Source of the DNA: the human T2T-CHM13v2.0 reference genome, Homo sapiens
DNA: 64,000 bases
Assembly: GCF_009914755.1 (NCBI RefSeq)
Contig: NC_060925.1
Direction: 5' to 3' (one strand)
Made by a program: the position numbers and the translations under genes. Under the pieces are notes generated by a model that was given only the letters and a program-made list of their open reading frames with translations, had not been told where the DNA came from and searched no databases. Shown here piece by piece: positions 31,341-50,592 of the stretch (its first letter is position 1; every line of letters starts with the position of its first letter).

Positions 31341-32313
31341 AGACATTGTCTCCTTTCTCTAAAGCCATATGGTTTAGTTGGGTGGTAAGGTAGATGATAA
31401 AATATTTACATAAAATTATAAGTATAGAAAATGAAGCATATACTCTAAGTAATACACAAAAATGTCTCCTGATAAGCCTTTTATTTTGTGTTTGGTGTAA
31501 TTTTTTAAAGTGACATGTTCATGTTTTTGAATAAATTTTACTTACGTCTTTGTGTTTTTATGTACTTTCCAGTGGAAAATTATTAAAAATGTTTTCCCAG
31601 CAAATCAACACAATTTAATAGTAAATAGCAATATTAGCAGCATTCCATCTAGTGCAAAATAGGTCTTTCAAGCACAGTGGCCAATGACCGTGGAGAAGTC
31701 TCCCAGGAAGGTTCTGGAACAGGTTCTTACAGGAAGGGCAGCCGAGAACATCAATGATTAAAAGGGGGCTGAGAAGAGGAAACTGATGGACAAAGGTAGG
31801 TTTGAGATCTAAGTGCTGCTCTCAAATGACCACCAGCAACACCCATGGCTCTTCTGTTTGTTTCTTTTTCTTTACTCCTCTTTCTTTTTTTTCAATGATT
31901 GTACTCAAAACTATTGTTTTTTAGAGGTGAGAAGTGGGAGAAAGAACGAAAATCTGGAGGTTGGAGGATAAACAAACCCACATCCTTGTGGATGAAGAAG
32001 GATACCAAAAACTCATTTTCCTGGAAGGAGCAATTTTTGAAATCAGCTACACTGAGGTAAATCTTGTGAAACTAGAACCACCCTGGTAGAAAAGCTGGCC
32101 TCTGAGGAGTAAGGGTCACCATCGTGTTCAGGTTTGTCAGGGCTCTGCCTCTTTGCTTCTTTCTAAATTTGGTGTTCTTGAGATTTGATGATAAACATCA
32201 AACCTTTGGAGTTTGAATAATAATTTTTCCTTCCAGGATTGGGTACATAGGACTCTACTGATGGCAAGAAGTCAGATGTCTCTTCCAGAAGTTGATGTTA
32301 GCATAATGCCAGG

Positions 32314-33265
<952 letters not shown>

Positions 33266-34199
33266 TTCACACAGGCTTTTAGAATACAAGCATCACTCTT
33301 CCTGATCAGCCTTCAGATAATATGGGGTGTAGGGAGGGTGGAAGTTTCCTAGCTTCATATTCACAGTCTCATCTGTGGTAGAGATGGAGGTGCTGCCCCA
33401 CTCTCCTGCTTTTTGTCTCCTTCTCACATGTCTGGCAGAGAAGTCAGGTAGTTCTCTTTCCTTGAGAGAGGCTGGGTGGGGCCATGTCTGTCCATATGTG
33501 CCACAGATCATGGGAAAGAGTCCAAAGGCTAATGACATGGATGCATTGGATTCTATCCCCTGTGGCCCAATTAGCTTAGTTCTGTCCCAAGGCCATCAGT
33601 GTTGGCAGGGTGCAGAGAAACTTTGGCAAAATTCGCTCCTCTCATCCTTCTTTTTTTCTCCTTTGGCTATTTAGGGCACTTTCGTGGCTGCCAGACTAAA
33701 GATTAATGGAGCACAACTCCAAAGGGTGCCAACAGGAAGCAACTATACCCCCAAACATGTCATCACCCCCTGCCTATTTCAACCTGTCCTGGAGCTAGTT
33801 TAATGTGCCAGCTCCCATGGTTTTTCCAGTCATTCTGCGGTAGAAGGAGACCGCAGTAGGTATTTTCCCAATTTCTTCGTTTGGCACATCTTCTCCTTAT
33901 CTTTGCCTGTTGTTGTGTTTGACTCCTTCTAGGTTTGTAGCTTCAGGTGGGTAAGAGACAGGAAAGGGCTTACTTATGGGAACTGTATGGATTTGGCTTT
34001 GGTGGTCTCTGGGCTTGGCAGATAAGCCAAGCTAAGTCAATTTTAGACATTAATTATTTACTTGCTACTAATGCAGTTGAGGATTTAATGCTCATGTATT
34101 ACTACCAACTCTCCATCCCCCATTTCTCACAGTTAAATTAGATCTTTGATTAAATCAATAGCCATGTTTATCTAATATTGTTTATGCTGGGTCAAGTAG

Positions 34200-35640
<1,441 letters not shown>

Positions 35641-35659
35641 GCTTCACGTATATATTTTT

Positions 35660-35900
35660 TACTTCAGGCTGCAGATTGAGTGAAGGTCTTTTCCATGTGA
35701 ATTTGTCCTGCATCTGGGATAAAGGTATAATGATTACCTAAAGCATGTTCTGTTCATGGAAGATCACTGGAACACAAAAGACCAAGCTCACAGCATATTC
35801 AAGACATCTGCTCGTATTCCACTGGCCAAAGAAAGTGATGTGGCCCAGCCTAAAGTCAGGTAGGCAAAGAATTAGTATCTCCCCTGAGGCAGCTGAACAA
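35660..35900 (-). mobile_element. MaLR (MLT1-like) LTR fragment
   Basis: catgttctgttcatgg..tattccactggccaaagaaagt.atgtggcc.agcc motifs. Confidence 0.5.
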
Positions 35901-37337
35901 ATGATAACACACACACATGCATGTGCAGACACACACATATGTACAATTCATAAAGCATATATATATATCCATGAGCTTCAGCTTTAAGGATTGAATGTGT
36001 TTTGTTTGGCAGATTTGGGCCATAAGTATTGCTCATATGGTTTGTAAAAGGACCAGAGAGAGTAACACTTTCTGCATTTTAATTTTCATGGTGACAACAG
36101 TAAAGGTTATTCTTTATCAAAGTTTGAGATATGATGCGATTAGACCCCCACCTTCTTATTGTTTATCAAGAATCCCATGACTCCATTTACCTTCAGAAAA
36201 CAATTTCTTTTAAGTTGGATTCTGATCTACTGTTACATCGTTGTGTTCATTGAATTTATGAAAAGAATCATTTCCATTACTTGAGCAGTATGATTTTCCT
36301 TCAACAAACATAAATTGAAGCCAATGAACACACTCGTTTATGGGAAGAAACCCTACAAGTGCTATTGTAGGTGGGATTGGTGGGTGAATACCAAGCCAGA
36401 TGCCTGCCTCTGGAGGTCTCATTGGAACGCCTGGCTCTTCTTACTAGTGGAAATATGTCTAGTGGTCTCATCCTTTTCTCAGATGTCTGTTAACTTCACT
36501 AAACCACTGCATGTTTTGGCATAGTGTGTTAGCTTCTAGGGAGAGGCCTCCAGAATGGTATAGGATATATTCTGTAGGATGGGAATGAGGTGTGTGTGGT
36601 AGCATTCATAGTATCTATCTACATCAATTTTTTAGAAAACAGAATAGGTGATCTCACACCCTTTAATTTTATAAACTCTTGATTAAAACAGGGCATCCTG
36701 TCTCACCTTGGAATAAAGATCCAAAATTAGATGATATTCATTTTGAACTCTACCTAAGAGGCATGAAACTTACAAAAAGATGTCCTCAACACTTCTCAGT
36801 TGACAGAGACTGTTTTGTATTCATGTGGTTTATGTCTGTTTGTACAGTAATTAGGCTTTGATCTTTTGGGGTGAAGCTGCAGGCACACAAACACACATAG
36901 ATACATGCACACACAGTCCCACACTGTGGGATAAAGGAACATACCAGAGTTTATGAGCATCGGGATTTAATTCTGGGAAATCTTGTCTTTTGGCATCTGC
37001 CAATATATCCTCTGGAATTTATTATGTGCCCGCAATATCTCTCCAACCAACCATTCTTCCCTATATCCACAGTCACTAGCTTAATATCAGCCCTTGTCAT
37101 CTCACACCTGTATTATAAAAATAGCTTAGTCCCTTGTCTCTCTGGCTCCAATTGTCCCTAATTTCAACCCACACCTTTGGATGATGGAATTAGACTCTAA
37201 GACATTATTCTTATCATGTCACCTCCTTCTCCACCTCTGCTAAAGAACTCAATCATATATCCATGGAAAATAAATTGTTGTCCATGTATCATATTTCCAG
37301 ATCCTTGGGGCAGGGGAAGGCGATCCAAGCATATCTG

Positions 37338-37382
37338 ATCTCTCTCTCTCTCTGTCACACACACACACACACACACACACAC
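37338..37382. repeat. (TC)n(CA)n microsatellite
   Basis: Directly visible. Confidence 0.95.
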
Positions 37383-38479
37383 CCCTATGTAAAGAACTTG
37401 AAAATAACTTTAAGATTGTAAGGTATTCTTTGCTAACTTTCCTAAAACAGTTGCTTCAAAACCTAACTAATAAGCTAGGAAACTTTAAAAAATATGTAGA
37501 CTCCTGTTAGAATCCAGGATAGTGGCTATCCTTTCTGCTGTTAATGTTCTATGGCGCTATTTTTGGATCTGGGTGCTGGATGCACGGGAATATTCCTCTT
37601 TCATTTATTTTACATTAATTTCTTTACTTTTCCTGAAACACTTCAAAATGTTCTTGTTTCTGTTGACTTATTCAAGATGTACTTACTGTGATCGTTGTAG
37701 ATTGCTTCCGAATACACCCTTTGTAGCTCTATTCTTATGCACAGTGGACCCTAGATTCATTTTTAACAAATGGAATTATTTTGTCTTTTTTCTCCACCTC
37801 TTAGTGAATGGATGAGGAAAGGAAGGCATGGAAAGTGGACTGGCATGGCTATGAGTTAGAAGCAGTCAGAGTTCAGTTCAGAAACCTCTGAATTCAAGGC
37901 CAAGGCTCTGGGGACGAGGTTTTCCCCCAACATCAGTAAGCTTTGGAAACTTTTTAAAAAGTGGAAGAAAAAGTGATACCTAATACAGTGCTGTCCACAT
38001 GATATGCAACCAATACATATTCAATAAATGAGTAAATATGAAAGAACAAATTTAAATGATGTCAACATATTATCTCCAACAGTTAAGAATCTTACACTTA
38101 GTTCCCTGCATAAAGCTTCCTGCATAGTCTTCAGTTTTGTTAACTAAAAGGTGTGACCTGATAATATTATTGGTTCAAGTGATAACTGCTTTGTACCAAC
38201 TAACTGGTTTTTCAACAGATTTGTTATTACTGTGCATAAGTGTTGGAAACAGTTTGTTCATAGGAGTCTGTTTTTTTTTTCTGGAGTCTTAGGAAAGTGG
38301 CTGGTTTTACTCTGAAACATCATAACTTTGCAATCAGGAACCAGGTACAAAATGAGTAACTGTTAGCGAAAACAACCAGAAGCCACATTTTTAGCTATCT
38401 CTGTCATGTAGCTACAAATAAGAAATACCATTCCACCAACTTTGTGTCAGGTGCCTTTTTATATAATATGAAGAGTACT

Positions 38480-39070
38480 GTTTAAGTTCAGGGGAGAGCT
38501 AAATACTGGGGTCCCTGTTATGAAGGAACTCAAGAAGCCTTGATGAATGTATAGTGAATGATGAGTAACATGTTGGTCTAAGGTAGCCAGAGACAAGAAA
38601 GACCATCTCTGCCTGGAGAGGGCAGGCCAGCTTCATGGGGAAGATGATACTTGAAATGGATCTTGAAGGATGGTGATGCATTTAATGGGGTGCTTGGAAC
38701 AAAAACAAAGGCAAGGATGTGAAAACATGCAGGGTGATTTTGGTGGAGAGTTTTGCTGGAGAAAAGCACTCAAATGGGGTCGTCAAGGTAGATAAACCTG
38801 ATAAGGGAGTTAGTTTGCAGATTGTTGCGGGCGTGAAGTGCTAGGCCAAAAGTTAGGAAGTTCTTGAAGTGTCTAGGTGTGAAACAATGACGGTCTGAAT
38901 GAAGATGTAGCCATGAAAATCAAAAAACATTTATTCATTTTAGAGGCATTGATTTCTACAAATTTCACTGAATTGGTAATTCCAACGTAGGAGGCAAGGG
39001 AGATAAAGTATCAAAGATGACTAGATGCTGAGGCTGGGTAACCAGTGCAATCAAGATGCCATTAACAAAA
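38480..39070 (-). mobile_element. L2 remnant
   Basis: ggcttcatggggaagatgatacttgaaatggatcttgaaggat...tcaaagatgact..gatgccattaac, typical antisense L2. Confidence 0.6.
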
Positions 39071-39495
39071 AACCCTTGTTTTTTTTGTTTGTTTTCTTGT
39101 TTTTTTTTTGTTTGTTTGTTTGTTTTTTTTTTTTACAGTCACAGTTCTAGGAATAGTAATCTATATTTGCTGTCATCTCTTTCATCTCAAATCACTTTTG
39201 ATCCATTGGCATCTGTCTTGTGTCTATCTCATTGACACTTATCCAAGTCACCAATGACTTCCAACATGCCAAGTTTAATGGGGTGTTTCCATTTTTAAGT
39301 ATTGATCTCTTTGCTGTATGAGCACTATTCACCATTCCCTTCAGGAAGCCCTCTGTCCCACTGGTTTTTATAACTCATTTTTCAGCATGAAAAACATTTT
39401 TTAAAGAGCAGAAAATTTGCACAGGAATCAGAGGTCTTCTTCAGCACAATAACAGAATGAAGCATAGAGCGCAATACCCATGATGTGAATTGTTT
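38713..39495 (+). repeat. Local duplication, copy 1 (probable source)
   Basis: ~97% identical to 44410-45193 outside the T-rich tract, by hand alignment. Confidence 0.97.
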
Positions 39496-40220
39496 TTTGC
39501 CTAAGGCATTACTGCAAAGAAGTCTTTGCTCTTTTGTTTCTTTACATGAAAAATGAGGATGGCAAGTATAATCCTGATTTCACAGATATGACAATGTCTA
39601 ATTAATGAATTGCCCTAAACAGGGAACAGAATGTATGAGGTGCTAAATAATATTGTGCAAGTAGAGATTAAATTTGACCAAGTGATTTATTAGACAAGTC
39701 TAACAAGTGATATCATCGGCTCAAGGGAGCAGAATTGGATTGCTTTATAAGATCACTGGAACTTTGAGTGATTGAGTTGTGGATATTTGTTGTTGTTTTA
39801 ACTGCAGGGATCCAGAGTAACTTTTAGGCTTTCAAACTTTGGAATGTGACATTTATTAGGCCTGTAACTCCATCAAAAGTATTTAAAGCTCTTAAATTAT
39901 TGTGGTTAAAAGAGTGAAAGTAAATAGATGTTCCCCTCTGTTGGTTTCATTATGCTGCAATTTTGTACACAGATTTGATGCTTAGGCACCACCCATGTTT
40001 ATTACTGTATCATATTTTCTCATTTTGCAAGTTAAAACACAACTTTTTCATCTGCAGCCACATTAAACTCCACTTGGGACTTCAGGCCCAGCTGCAGTCT
40101 TTCTGTTTTCCGTTACCATCAAAAGCAATAAAATTCTGCAGTCAAGGCAGGTTTGGGGATGCTTGTGTTGCACCCAAACTGGCAGAAAGTCCAGCTCCTG
40201 CACTTGTACTCTCTCTCTAT

Positions 40221-40531
40221 CTCTGCAGCAACATGGATGGAACCGAAGGTCATTGTCCTAGGTGAAATAACTGAGAAACAGAAAGTCAAAACCTACATGT
40301 CCTCATTTATAAGTGGGAGCTAAACAATGGGTGCATATGGACAGAGAGATTGGGATGATAGACACTGGAGACTCCAAGAGGAGAATGGAAGGGGGAAGAG
40401 AAATAAAATACTACCTATTGGGTACAACGTACACAACTCGGGTGATGGATACACTAAAAGCCCAGATTGCACCACTATGCGATATATCCTGTAACACAAT
40501 TGCATTTGTACTCCTATATTTAAAAAAAAAA
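40221..40531 (+). mobile_element. L1MA-like 3' end with poly(A)
   Basis: gcagcaacatggatggaac..ataagtgggagctaa..atagacactggagactcc..ctattgggtacaa..cactaaaagcccaga. Confidence 0.85.
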
Positions 40532-41166
40532 GTAAAGAGAGACATACTAGTCAGAAGAGATATACTTATGTTTGGTCACTCTAATAAATAAACAACCCCA
40601 GGAGCCACTTAGCAGTGGGAAGGCCAAACAGGGAGTCAATTTTAAGAACTATTTGCGAAATATCCTTCCTCTAACAAATAAACGGACTTCAATCTTCAGG
40701 ATTGGATATAAGGGTTTCCAATTATTTTAAGGTAGGCATTATAACCTCAGGACAAAATGTATCTGCAAATTTCCCAATTTTTCAAATAAATGTAAGCCTC
40801 ATGGAAAGTTTTTGTTGTTCTTTATTTTTTTTTCTGGTAAATGTGAAAAAAAGTCAGATAAAATGCACCCGAAATCAGCACACAGGGCAGAGGTTGAGGA
40901 ATGCTGCTGGAGAAAACCTCTGCAATCAACTGAGAACTGAGGGATGGCAGTGCGATATAGAACGGTGCCTTATTGAAATTTATTCTGTGGGTCACAGTAC
41001 TTTTCAGCTTTTTCTTTCATTTTAGCTGATTAGACACAAGTTTAGTACACCTGTGGCCCCTATTCTTGTGATACTGGAGTGCTTCAATACCAGCGCCTGT
41101 CAGTACTTATCATTTAATTATGCTGATCTTTCAGGGTTGTTAGGATAGGTCAAAACATATGTTAAA

Positions 41167-41448
41167 GACTGGGCACGGTGGCTCATGCCTGTAATCCTAG
41201 TACTTTGGGAGGCTGAGACAGCTGGATCACCAGGAGTCAGGAGTTTGAGACCAGCCTGGCCAACATGGTGAGACTCCCATCTCTACTAAAAATACAAAAA
41301 AATTTTAGCTGGGTCATAGTGGTGTGTGCCTGTAGTCCTTGTTACTTGGGAGGCTGAAGTGGGAGAATTGCTTGAACCTAGGAGGTGGAGGTTGCAGTGA
41401 GCTGAGACTGGGCAAGAGAGCGAGACTCTAACTCATTAAAAAAAAAAA
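41167..41448 (+). mobile_element. Alu (J/S-type) with ~20-bp deletion in the right arm
   Basis: Junction gctgaga|ctgggcaagag. Short TSD gttaaa. Confidence 0.9.
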
Positions 41449-42107
41449 GTTAAATTCGTAATACAGTGAATGGTACTCAGAAGGTGCTTAATTAATGGTA
41501 GCTTTTGTTCTACCATCTTCAAGATTTATCAGAATAAAACATTTAATATAAAACTTCCAGGGAAAGTTGCAATACTTTTCTTAAATAAAATAGTTGTAGT
41601 ACTACCTTTAGAATTTTTAGAAAGTCACAGTTTTTAAAAAACAACCCATTAGAATGTATGCATCTACTGGGGAGCATGAGCCACATGAACTCAAATTATT
41701 AATCCTGCTTGTGAGTCCATTTGACTAGAGCTGAGTCTTCTAATGGAAGAGCAATTCAGTAATCACTCTTTGGGATTCAGTAAATACCTCATAAATGCTT
41801 ATAAAACATGTAACAGACCCTACTGGGCATTGGGATTGGCATTAAGGTTTATTATTTGATTGTGTTTGAAATCAGAAAAAGCTAAGATTGTGCTACTTAT
41901 TTTTTATTCAGAGAAGAAATTAACTGGTGACTGGAGCTGATTGACTAGAATGGAGCAACCCACTGGATGTTTATATTAGTCACATAGCAAATATTTTTTC
42001 TGAGTAATGAACAAGGATTACTTTATAGTTGAAAACAATTACGGAGCAATTTGTAATTTTCCAAGAGCTTTTCCAATCCTGGTCTTATTGATTCTTTATA
42101 ACGATTC

Positions 42108-42160
42108 TATAAATTGTAGGTTATACTGTCTTGTGTATAAATTGTAGGTTATTCTGTCTT
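42108..42160. repeat. Tandem duplication, 28-bp period
   Basis: tataaattgtaggttatactgtctt and tataaattgtaggttattctgtctt. Confidence 0.9.
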
Positions 42161-42174
42161 CTGAAGATAACCTA

Positions 42175-42385
42175 GGCTTTAGAGTCAGACAGTACTAGGG
42201 AAGAACCAGAGCTTCAACCCCTGTTGGTTATGTGACCTGGAACAGATTACTAAACTGTCCTAAGCTTTAGCTATTTCCATACATAAATTAAGATAATAAT
42301 ATTTACCCTGTATAACCATTATAGAAATTAGTTTATGATAAACTTAGCATTATGTTGGACACACTGCACGTGTTTAAATTGTCAT
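42175..42385 (+). mobile_element. MIR
   Basis: ggctttagagtcagacag..tatgtgacctgg.acagattactaaac..agataataatattt. Confidence 0.65.
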
Positions 42386-42959
42386 CCATAGGGCTTACCT
42401 TTGACTTTTTTTTAATAGTGAGGATAGATTATACTAATCATTCAATTCCCTATTATCAAATTCTCTTGTGACACTACAAGATTACTGGCATGCCTGTAGA
42501 TGTACTCTAGCCATGCAACAGAACATAGAATATTAAACCTCAAACCTTAAAATTTAGTAGACTACTCTGACCAGTTGACATAAAGAATGTGCTTATATTA
42601 ATGAAATGACACTAATTTCACCACCATACAATCCTAAATGAACTAAAATCATAGGTGTACACTGGTCAATGGTTTATATCCAAGGAATGAAAATGTAAAT
42701 TTTATTTCAATATTATTTACAAGTATTCAATTAAATGATTGAAATTATGAACTAATTACATTTCTACTGATGCAGTTTCAGCCACAGAGTTATCTGTGTC
42801 AATCACAGAAATAAAACCTGTGTATAGAACTAATAAAGCATCCAGAATTTTTTCACTACTCTCTTCAATTTGAACTCCAGTTTATTACCTGAATAAGAAA
42901 TGAATCAAAGTATCTTAACTTTTTTTGATGATTTAGATAAATTTTTCTATTTTCATATG

Positions 42960-43115
42960 GTACAGATATCACAAATATATATTACATATATCAAACACAT
43001 ATATGTAACACATATATATCACATATATATCAGACACATATATAGCATATGTATAACACACATATATATGCCATGTATATATACATACACACACACACAA
43101 CATATATATATATAA
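42960..43115. repeat. (TA)/(CA)-rich low-complexity tract
   Basis: Imperfect acacatatat repeats. Confidence 0.85.
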
Positions 43116-43127
43116 AACACATAGCAT

Positions 43128-43320
43128 CAGGGGTGGGCTGGCGCTGCCTCATACGAGCTTGGCAGAGCCAATTCTGCTCATCTCCTTCCTAGTCTGTGTT
43201 CAGCGACATTGCACTGGGAGCTTGAAATCAGCCACAGGGGAGTGTATACACCCAGGAGTCACCAAATGTTACAAATCAGGCCTTTTTAAAATCCAGAGTC
43301 ACCTTACAAGTACAACACAG
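43128..43320. mobile_element. MER63-like hAT-Blackjack element
   Basis: cagggg.tgggctgg.gctg.ctcatac.agct..cagagccaatt..agcttgaaatcagcca..tacaaatcagg. Confidence 0.7.
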
Positions 43321-44409
43321 CATAGCAGACATTTTTAAAATATTTGTTATATGAACAAGTGAATTAATAAATTCAACATATTTGTATTGTCATTAAGCAT
43401 AGCAAACATTAGAGGAAGATGACCTCACTTACTAAAACTTCCAAGGCATGTGTCTGTAAAGCAAAAATGTGAGTTCTCTGAGGCAAATTTCAGAAATTAT
43501 CAGAGTCTAATTTCTTCATGTTTTTGTCTAAATAAGTGGATGAAACCACGCTCCCTTCAAACTTAGGTATCCAGGAAAGCAAACCTAAAATGTTTATGGA
43601 TCCAAACCAACGGCTTACATGATATTCTCTACATATATATCTGTGATTGTATAAAGTTTCTCCCCATAGGGAACAAGAAAAGAACTGCAGATATTTATCA
43701 CCTTTTCTAGATTCTTAAGAGTCCTAAAATGTTATCTCAGAGAATGCTAGAGTAACATAAACTTTTTTTTTGTGAAAAATAAGTAAATCACTGCCATATG
43801 ATGATGGTTACTCAATTTCCAGATGATTTAATGGCTAATCCCAGGGCAATATCTTACTAGTTTCGACCCCTGCTGTGTGATGAGGTTTTGACAGTCATAA
43901 TTGTACAGCAGGCCATAGTTTAATATAAGTAATTATAAACCAGGAATTATTAATCATTATCTAATAATCTGATACTAAACTATTGGATGTTGCTTGTGAA
44001 ATAACAAGAAAATTCAAAGTGATTATATCAAGTGATTCTATGATACTTCTAGACAGCAAAATAAAAATAAAAGAAGAGGTTCAAGCCTTGTTAAGGTTTT
44101 AGCATCACAATCAGACAGCACCTATAAAATAAGTCAACTATGCCATGGTCCCAGTAGCCAGTAAAGTTCGTTGGGACCAACTTCCTTCCTCTTCAGCTCA
44201 TGCCTCTTGGAACACATGGGGCAGCTGTGTGCACCTCAGATGGAGCAGCCAAAAAGAGCTCAGAGCTTTGGTCCTGACTTTGCAGCCCAAGTGAGATCAT
44301 GGGTAAGTCACTTAAACTCTTTGGCCTTATTTTAACAACTCAGGATCATTGACCCTCTCCAATTTATGTCAAGGACAATAACAATAATAATCATCGTTCC
44401 CACTAATTT

Positions 44410-45193
44410 AAGGATGTGAAAAAATGCAGGATGATTTTGGTGGAGAGTTTTGCTGGAGAAAAGCACTCAAATGGGGTCGTCAAGGTAGGTAAACCTGACA
44501 AGGGAGTTAGTTTGCAGATTGTTGCAGGCGTGAAGTGCTAGGCCAAAAGTTAGGAAGTTCTCGAAGTGTCTAGGTGTGAAACAATGATGGTCTGAATGAA
44601 GATGTAGCCATGAAAATCAAAAAAACATTTATTCATTTTAGAGGCATTGATTTCTACAAATTTCATTGAATTGGTAATTACAACATAGGAGGCAAGGGAG
44701 ATAAAGTATCAAAGATGACTAGATGCTGAGGCTGGGTAACCAGTGCAATCAAGATGCCATTAACAAAAAACCCTTGTTTTTTTTTTGTTTGTTTGTTTTT
44801 TTGTTGTCGTTTTTTGTTTTTTGTTTTTTTTTTTTACAGTCACAGTTCTAGGAATAGTAATCTATATTTGCTGTCATCTCTTTCATCTCAAATCACTTTT
44901 GATCCATTGGCATCTGTCCTGTGTCTATCTCATTGACACTTATCCAAGTCACCAATGACTTCCAACATGCCAAGTTTAATGGGGTGTTTCCATTTTTAAG
45001 TATTGATCTCTTTGCTGTATGAGCACTATTCACCATCCCCTTCAGGAAGCCCTCTGTCCCACTGGTTTTTATAATTCATTTTTCAGCATGAAAAACATTT
45101 TTAAAAGAGCAGAAAATTTGCATAGGAATCAGAGGTCTTCAGCACAATAACAGAATGAAGCACAGAGCGCAATACCCATGATGTGAATTGTTT
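44410..45193 (+). repeat. Local duplication, copy 2 (probable derived copy)
   Basis: Matches 38713-39495. Starts abruptly mid-L2, with no TSD or poly(A). Confidence 0.97.
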
Positions 45194-45281
45194 ATTTTAG
45201 AAAATATGTTTAGAATGGAAAAATTTAAAGAAGCAGAATAAAAGAATCAATTATAATCTCACCATGCAGAAGTAGTTCTGC

Positions 45282-45575
<294 letters not shown>

Positions 45576-45639
45576 AGTTCTACATTTTTGGCTTGTTCCT
45601 TTTTGTATTCTTTTAGGCATTTAAACAAATTGTTAAACT

Positions 45640-47240
<1,601 letters not shown>

Positions 47241-47349
47241 AAGAATCATCACAGTAAATAACTTTAAAATAAATGACAGCAAAGTGGTTTACCTTACAAA
47301 TCAATACAAAATGCAAATGAAAAGTTGAGGTGTTGCAGGAGCACAGAGT

Positions 47350-47540
47350 ATTGTAGAAAGGCATCAGCAAACTGAACTTGGGTCAAGTTCACTTATATAG
47401 ACATATTTATTAGCTGCAAAGTCTTGGGGAAGTATCTTAAGGTTTGTGGATGTATTCCCTCATCTGTAAAATAAGAATAATTCCTTCCCTGCTTACCTTA
47501 TAAACTTGTTGTAAGGATCAAAGAAAAGTGGATTATCAAT
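47350..47540 (+). mobile_element. MIR
   Basis: cttgggg.aagtatctt..ttccctcatctgtaaaataagaataa..gttgtaaggatca. Confidence 0.65.
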
Positions 47541-48950
47541 GCTTTTTAAAACATTAAAACATGTATTTTTAAAAGTTAGATTATTTTGATTCCTGTAAAG
47601 ATAAAAATTTCCCATATGTGGACACACCAGTATCTGAAAACTACAACTGATTTTCATTTCCTTCATCTGGGAAACTTATAAACTGTGCTCACTATCCATC
47701 TAGTTCTTTAAAAAATCAAATTGCTCAATTTTTTCCTTTCCCATTGCAGATATAGTTCATTTACAAAGACCAAAACTTTTTAATACCAAAAAGAATGCCT
47801 TAGTATTTTATAAGCAGGAGGCTTGTCAAGCAAATTGCTCTTGGCAGGGAAACAGATCATGTATCTTGAGCTTATCTACCTCCTTTAGATTACATCCAGC
47901 CCTGATCACCCCCGGGTACACACAGAGCTATGGCAGACCACGCTGCACTGCCTGGGTTGGGGCTGCCTTGCCCAAGGCATTTGAAGAGAGCTCACACTCC
48001 CCAGTCTGTGGTTTAGGAAGCTCAGCTTCTTCCCCTGGAGCAATGACTTTCTGCTGTCATTTTCAAACTGCCTACTACTGTTTATTTGGAATCTAAACAT
48101 CTGAGAAGCTTAAAAGACCCAATTTGTTGAGGGTACAGGCTGCACTCCCATTTTATGTGCACTAGACACATGACAAGTAAACATGTTGATAGCAAGATTT
48201 ATTAAAATGTGACTTTTGCAATGTAATCTAGGGCCAGGAAAACTTAGTTCAATCTCCAATGGCATTGTTTATGATGGAATTTTAGATCTGAGCGAGACTG
48301 AACTATCACTAGTTAAACCCTTTGTTTTGCAAATGAGCAGCCAGATTCAGAGAGATGGTGACCTCTCCATGCCATGTGGCAGTCAGTGGCATAGCTGGGA
48401 GCAGAAGAGAGTCTAGCTTTTTAAGTTCTCTCCCCACTGCTCAGACACTGGACCCTCCTGAATATAATACCAATGCAGTGCGAAGTTTTAATGACCTGGC
48501 CCCCCAGGAAAAGTTATAGCCATGACTGAATAGCCTGAAAATACCTGGCTCACGAGGTCATCAAACTCAGTTCTCTAGATATCTAAAAGAAGTGGAAACA
48601 AAAAAATCATATTTGCACCTTGAAGAGTCTCTTTTGGGGTATTGGATATCTGTTTAACTTATAGGAAAATATTTCATAGGAATAAATGTTTTTACTCAGG
48701 CTTATGATGGAAAATACCAGATCTGATTATAATGTAGGTTTCAAAAATATGAATGCCCAGATTTGATCATCTCTGCAAACTGTCTGATCAGTTATACAGA
48801 TTGGCTATTATCAAAATTGGAAACAGAAGATTTTCCTGCCAAAATCTCTTTGTCTGACTTTCTGGAATCTTCTCAATCTGCCCCTACTTGATTTAGCAGC
48901 TTCAAATTTCCATGCACCCCTAACAGGAGCTCTGCTTTTAGTGGACTTAA

Positions 48951-50153
<1,203 letters not shown>

Positions 50154-50284
50154 TAATTCAAACTTTTAAAAGTCTTCTAAACTTTGTTAATTTTGATCTC
50201 CACATCTTTTTGTTCATCTTGTTCCTGCCTTTGGAATATTCACTGCCTTCTCACAGATGTCTTAACTTGCTGTGATCTTTCCTG

Positions 50285-50592
50285 TTTTTTTGTTTTTTTT
50301 TTTTTTTTGAGATGGAGTCTTGCTCTTGTCACCCAGGCTGGAGTGCAATGGCATAATCTTGGCTCACTGTGCAACCTCCACCTCCTGGATTCAGGCGATT
50401 CTCCTGCCTCAGCCTCCTGAGTAGCTGGGACTACAGGCACCCACCACTGCGCCCGGGTAGTTTTTTGTATTTTTAGTAGAGACAGGGTTTCACCATGTTA
50501 GCCAGGATGGTCTCAATCTTCTGACCTCATGATCCACCTGCCTTGGCCGCCCAAAATGCTGGGATTACAGGCGTGAGCCACCGTCCCCGGCC
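50285..50592 (-). mobile_element. Alu, apparently chimeric (Sq/Sp-like right arm, Sc/Y-like left arm)
   Basis: gctcttgtc..gtgcaatgg in the right arm. ttagccaggatggtctc..gacctcatgatcc in the left arm. Confidence 0.85.
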
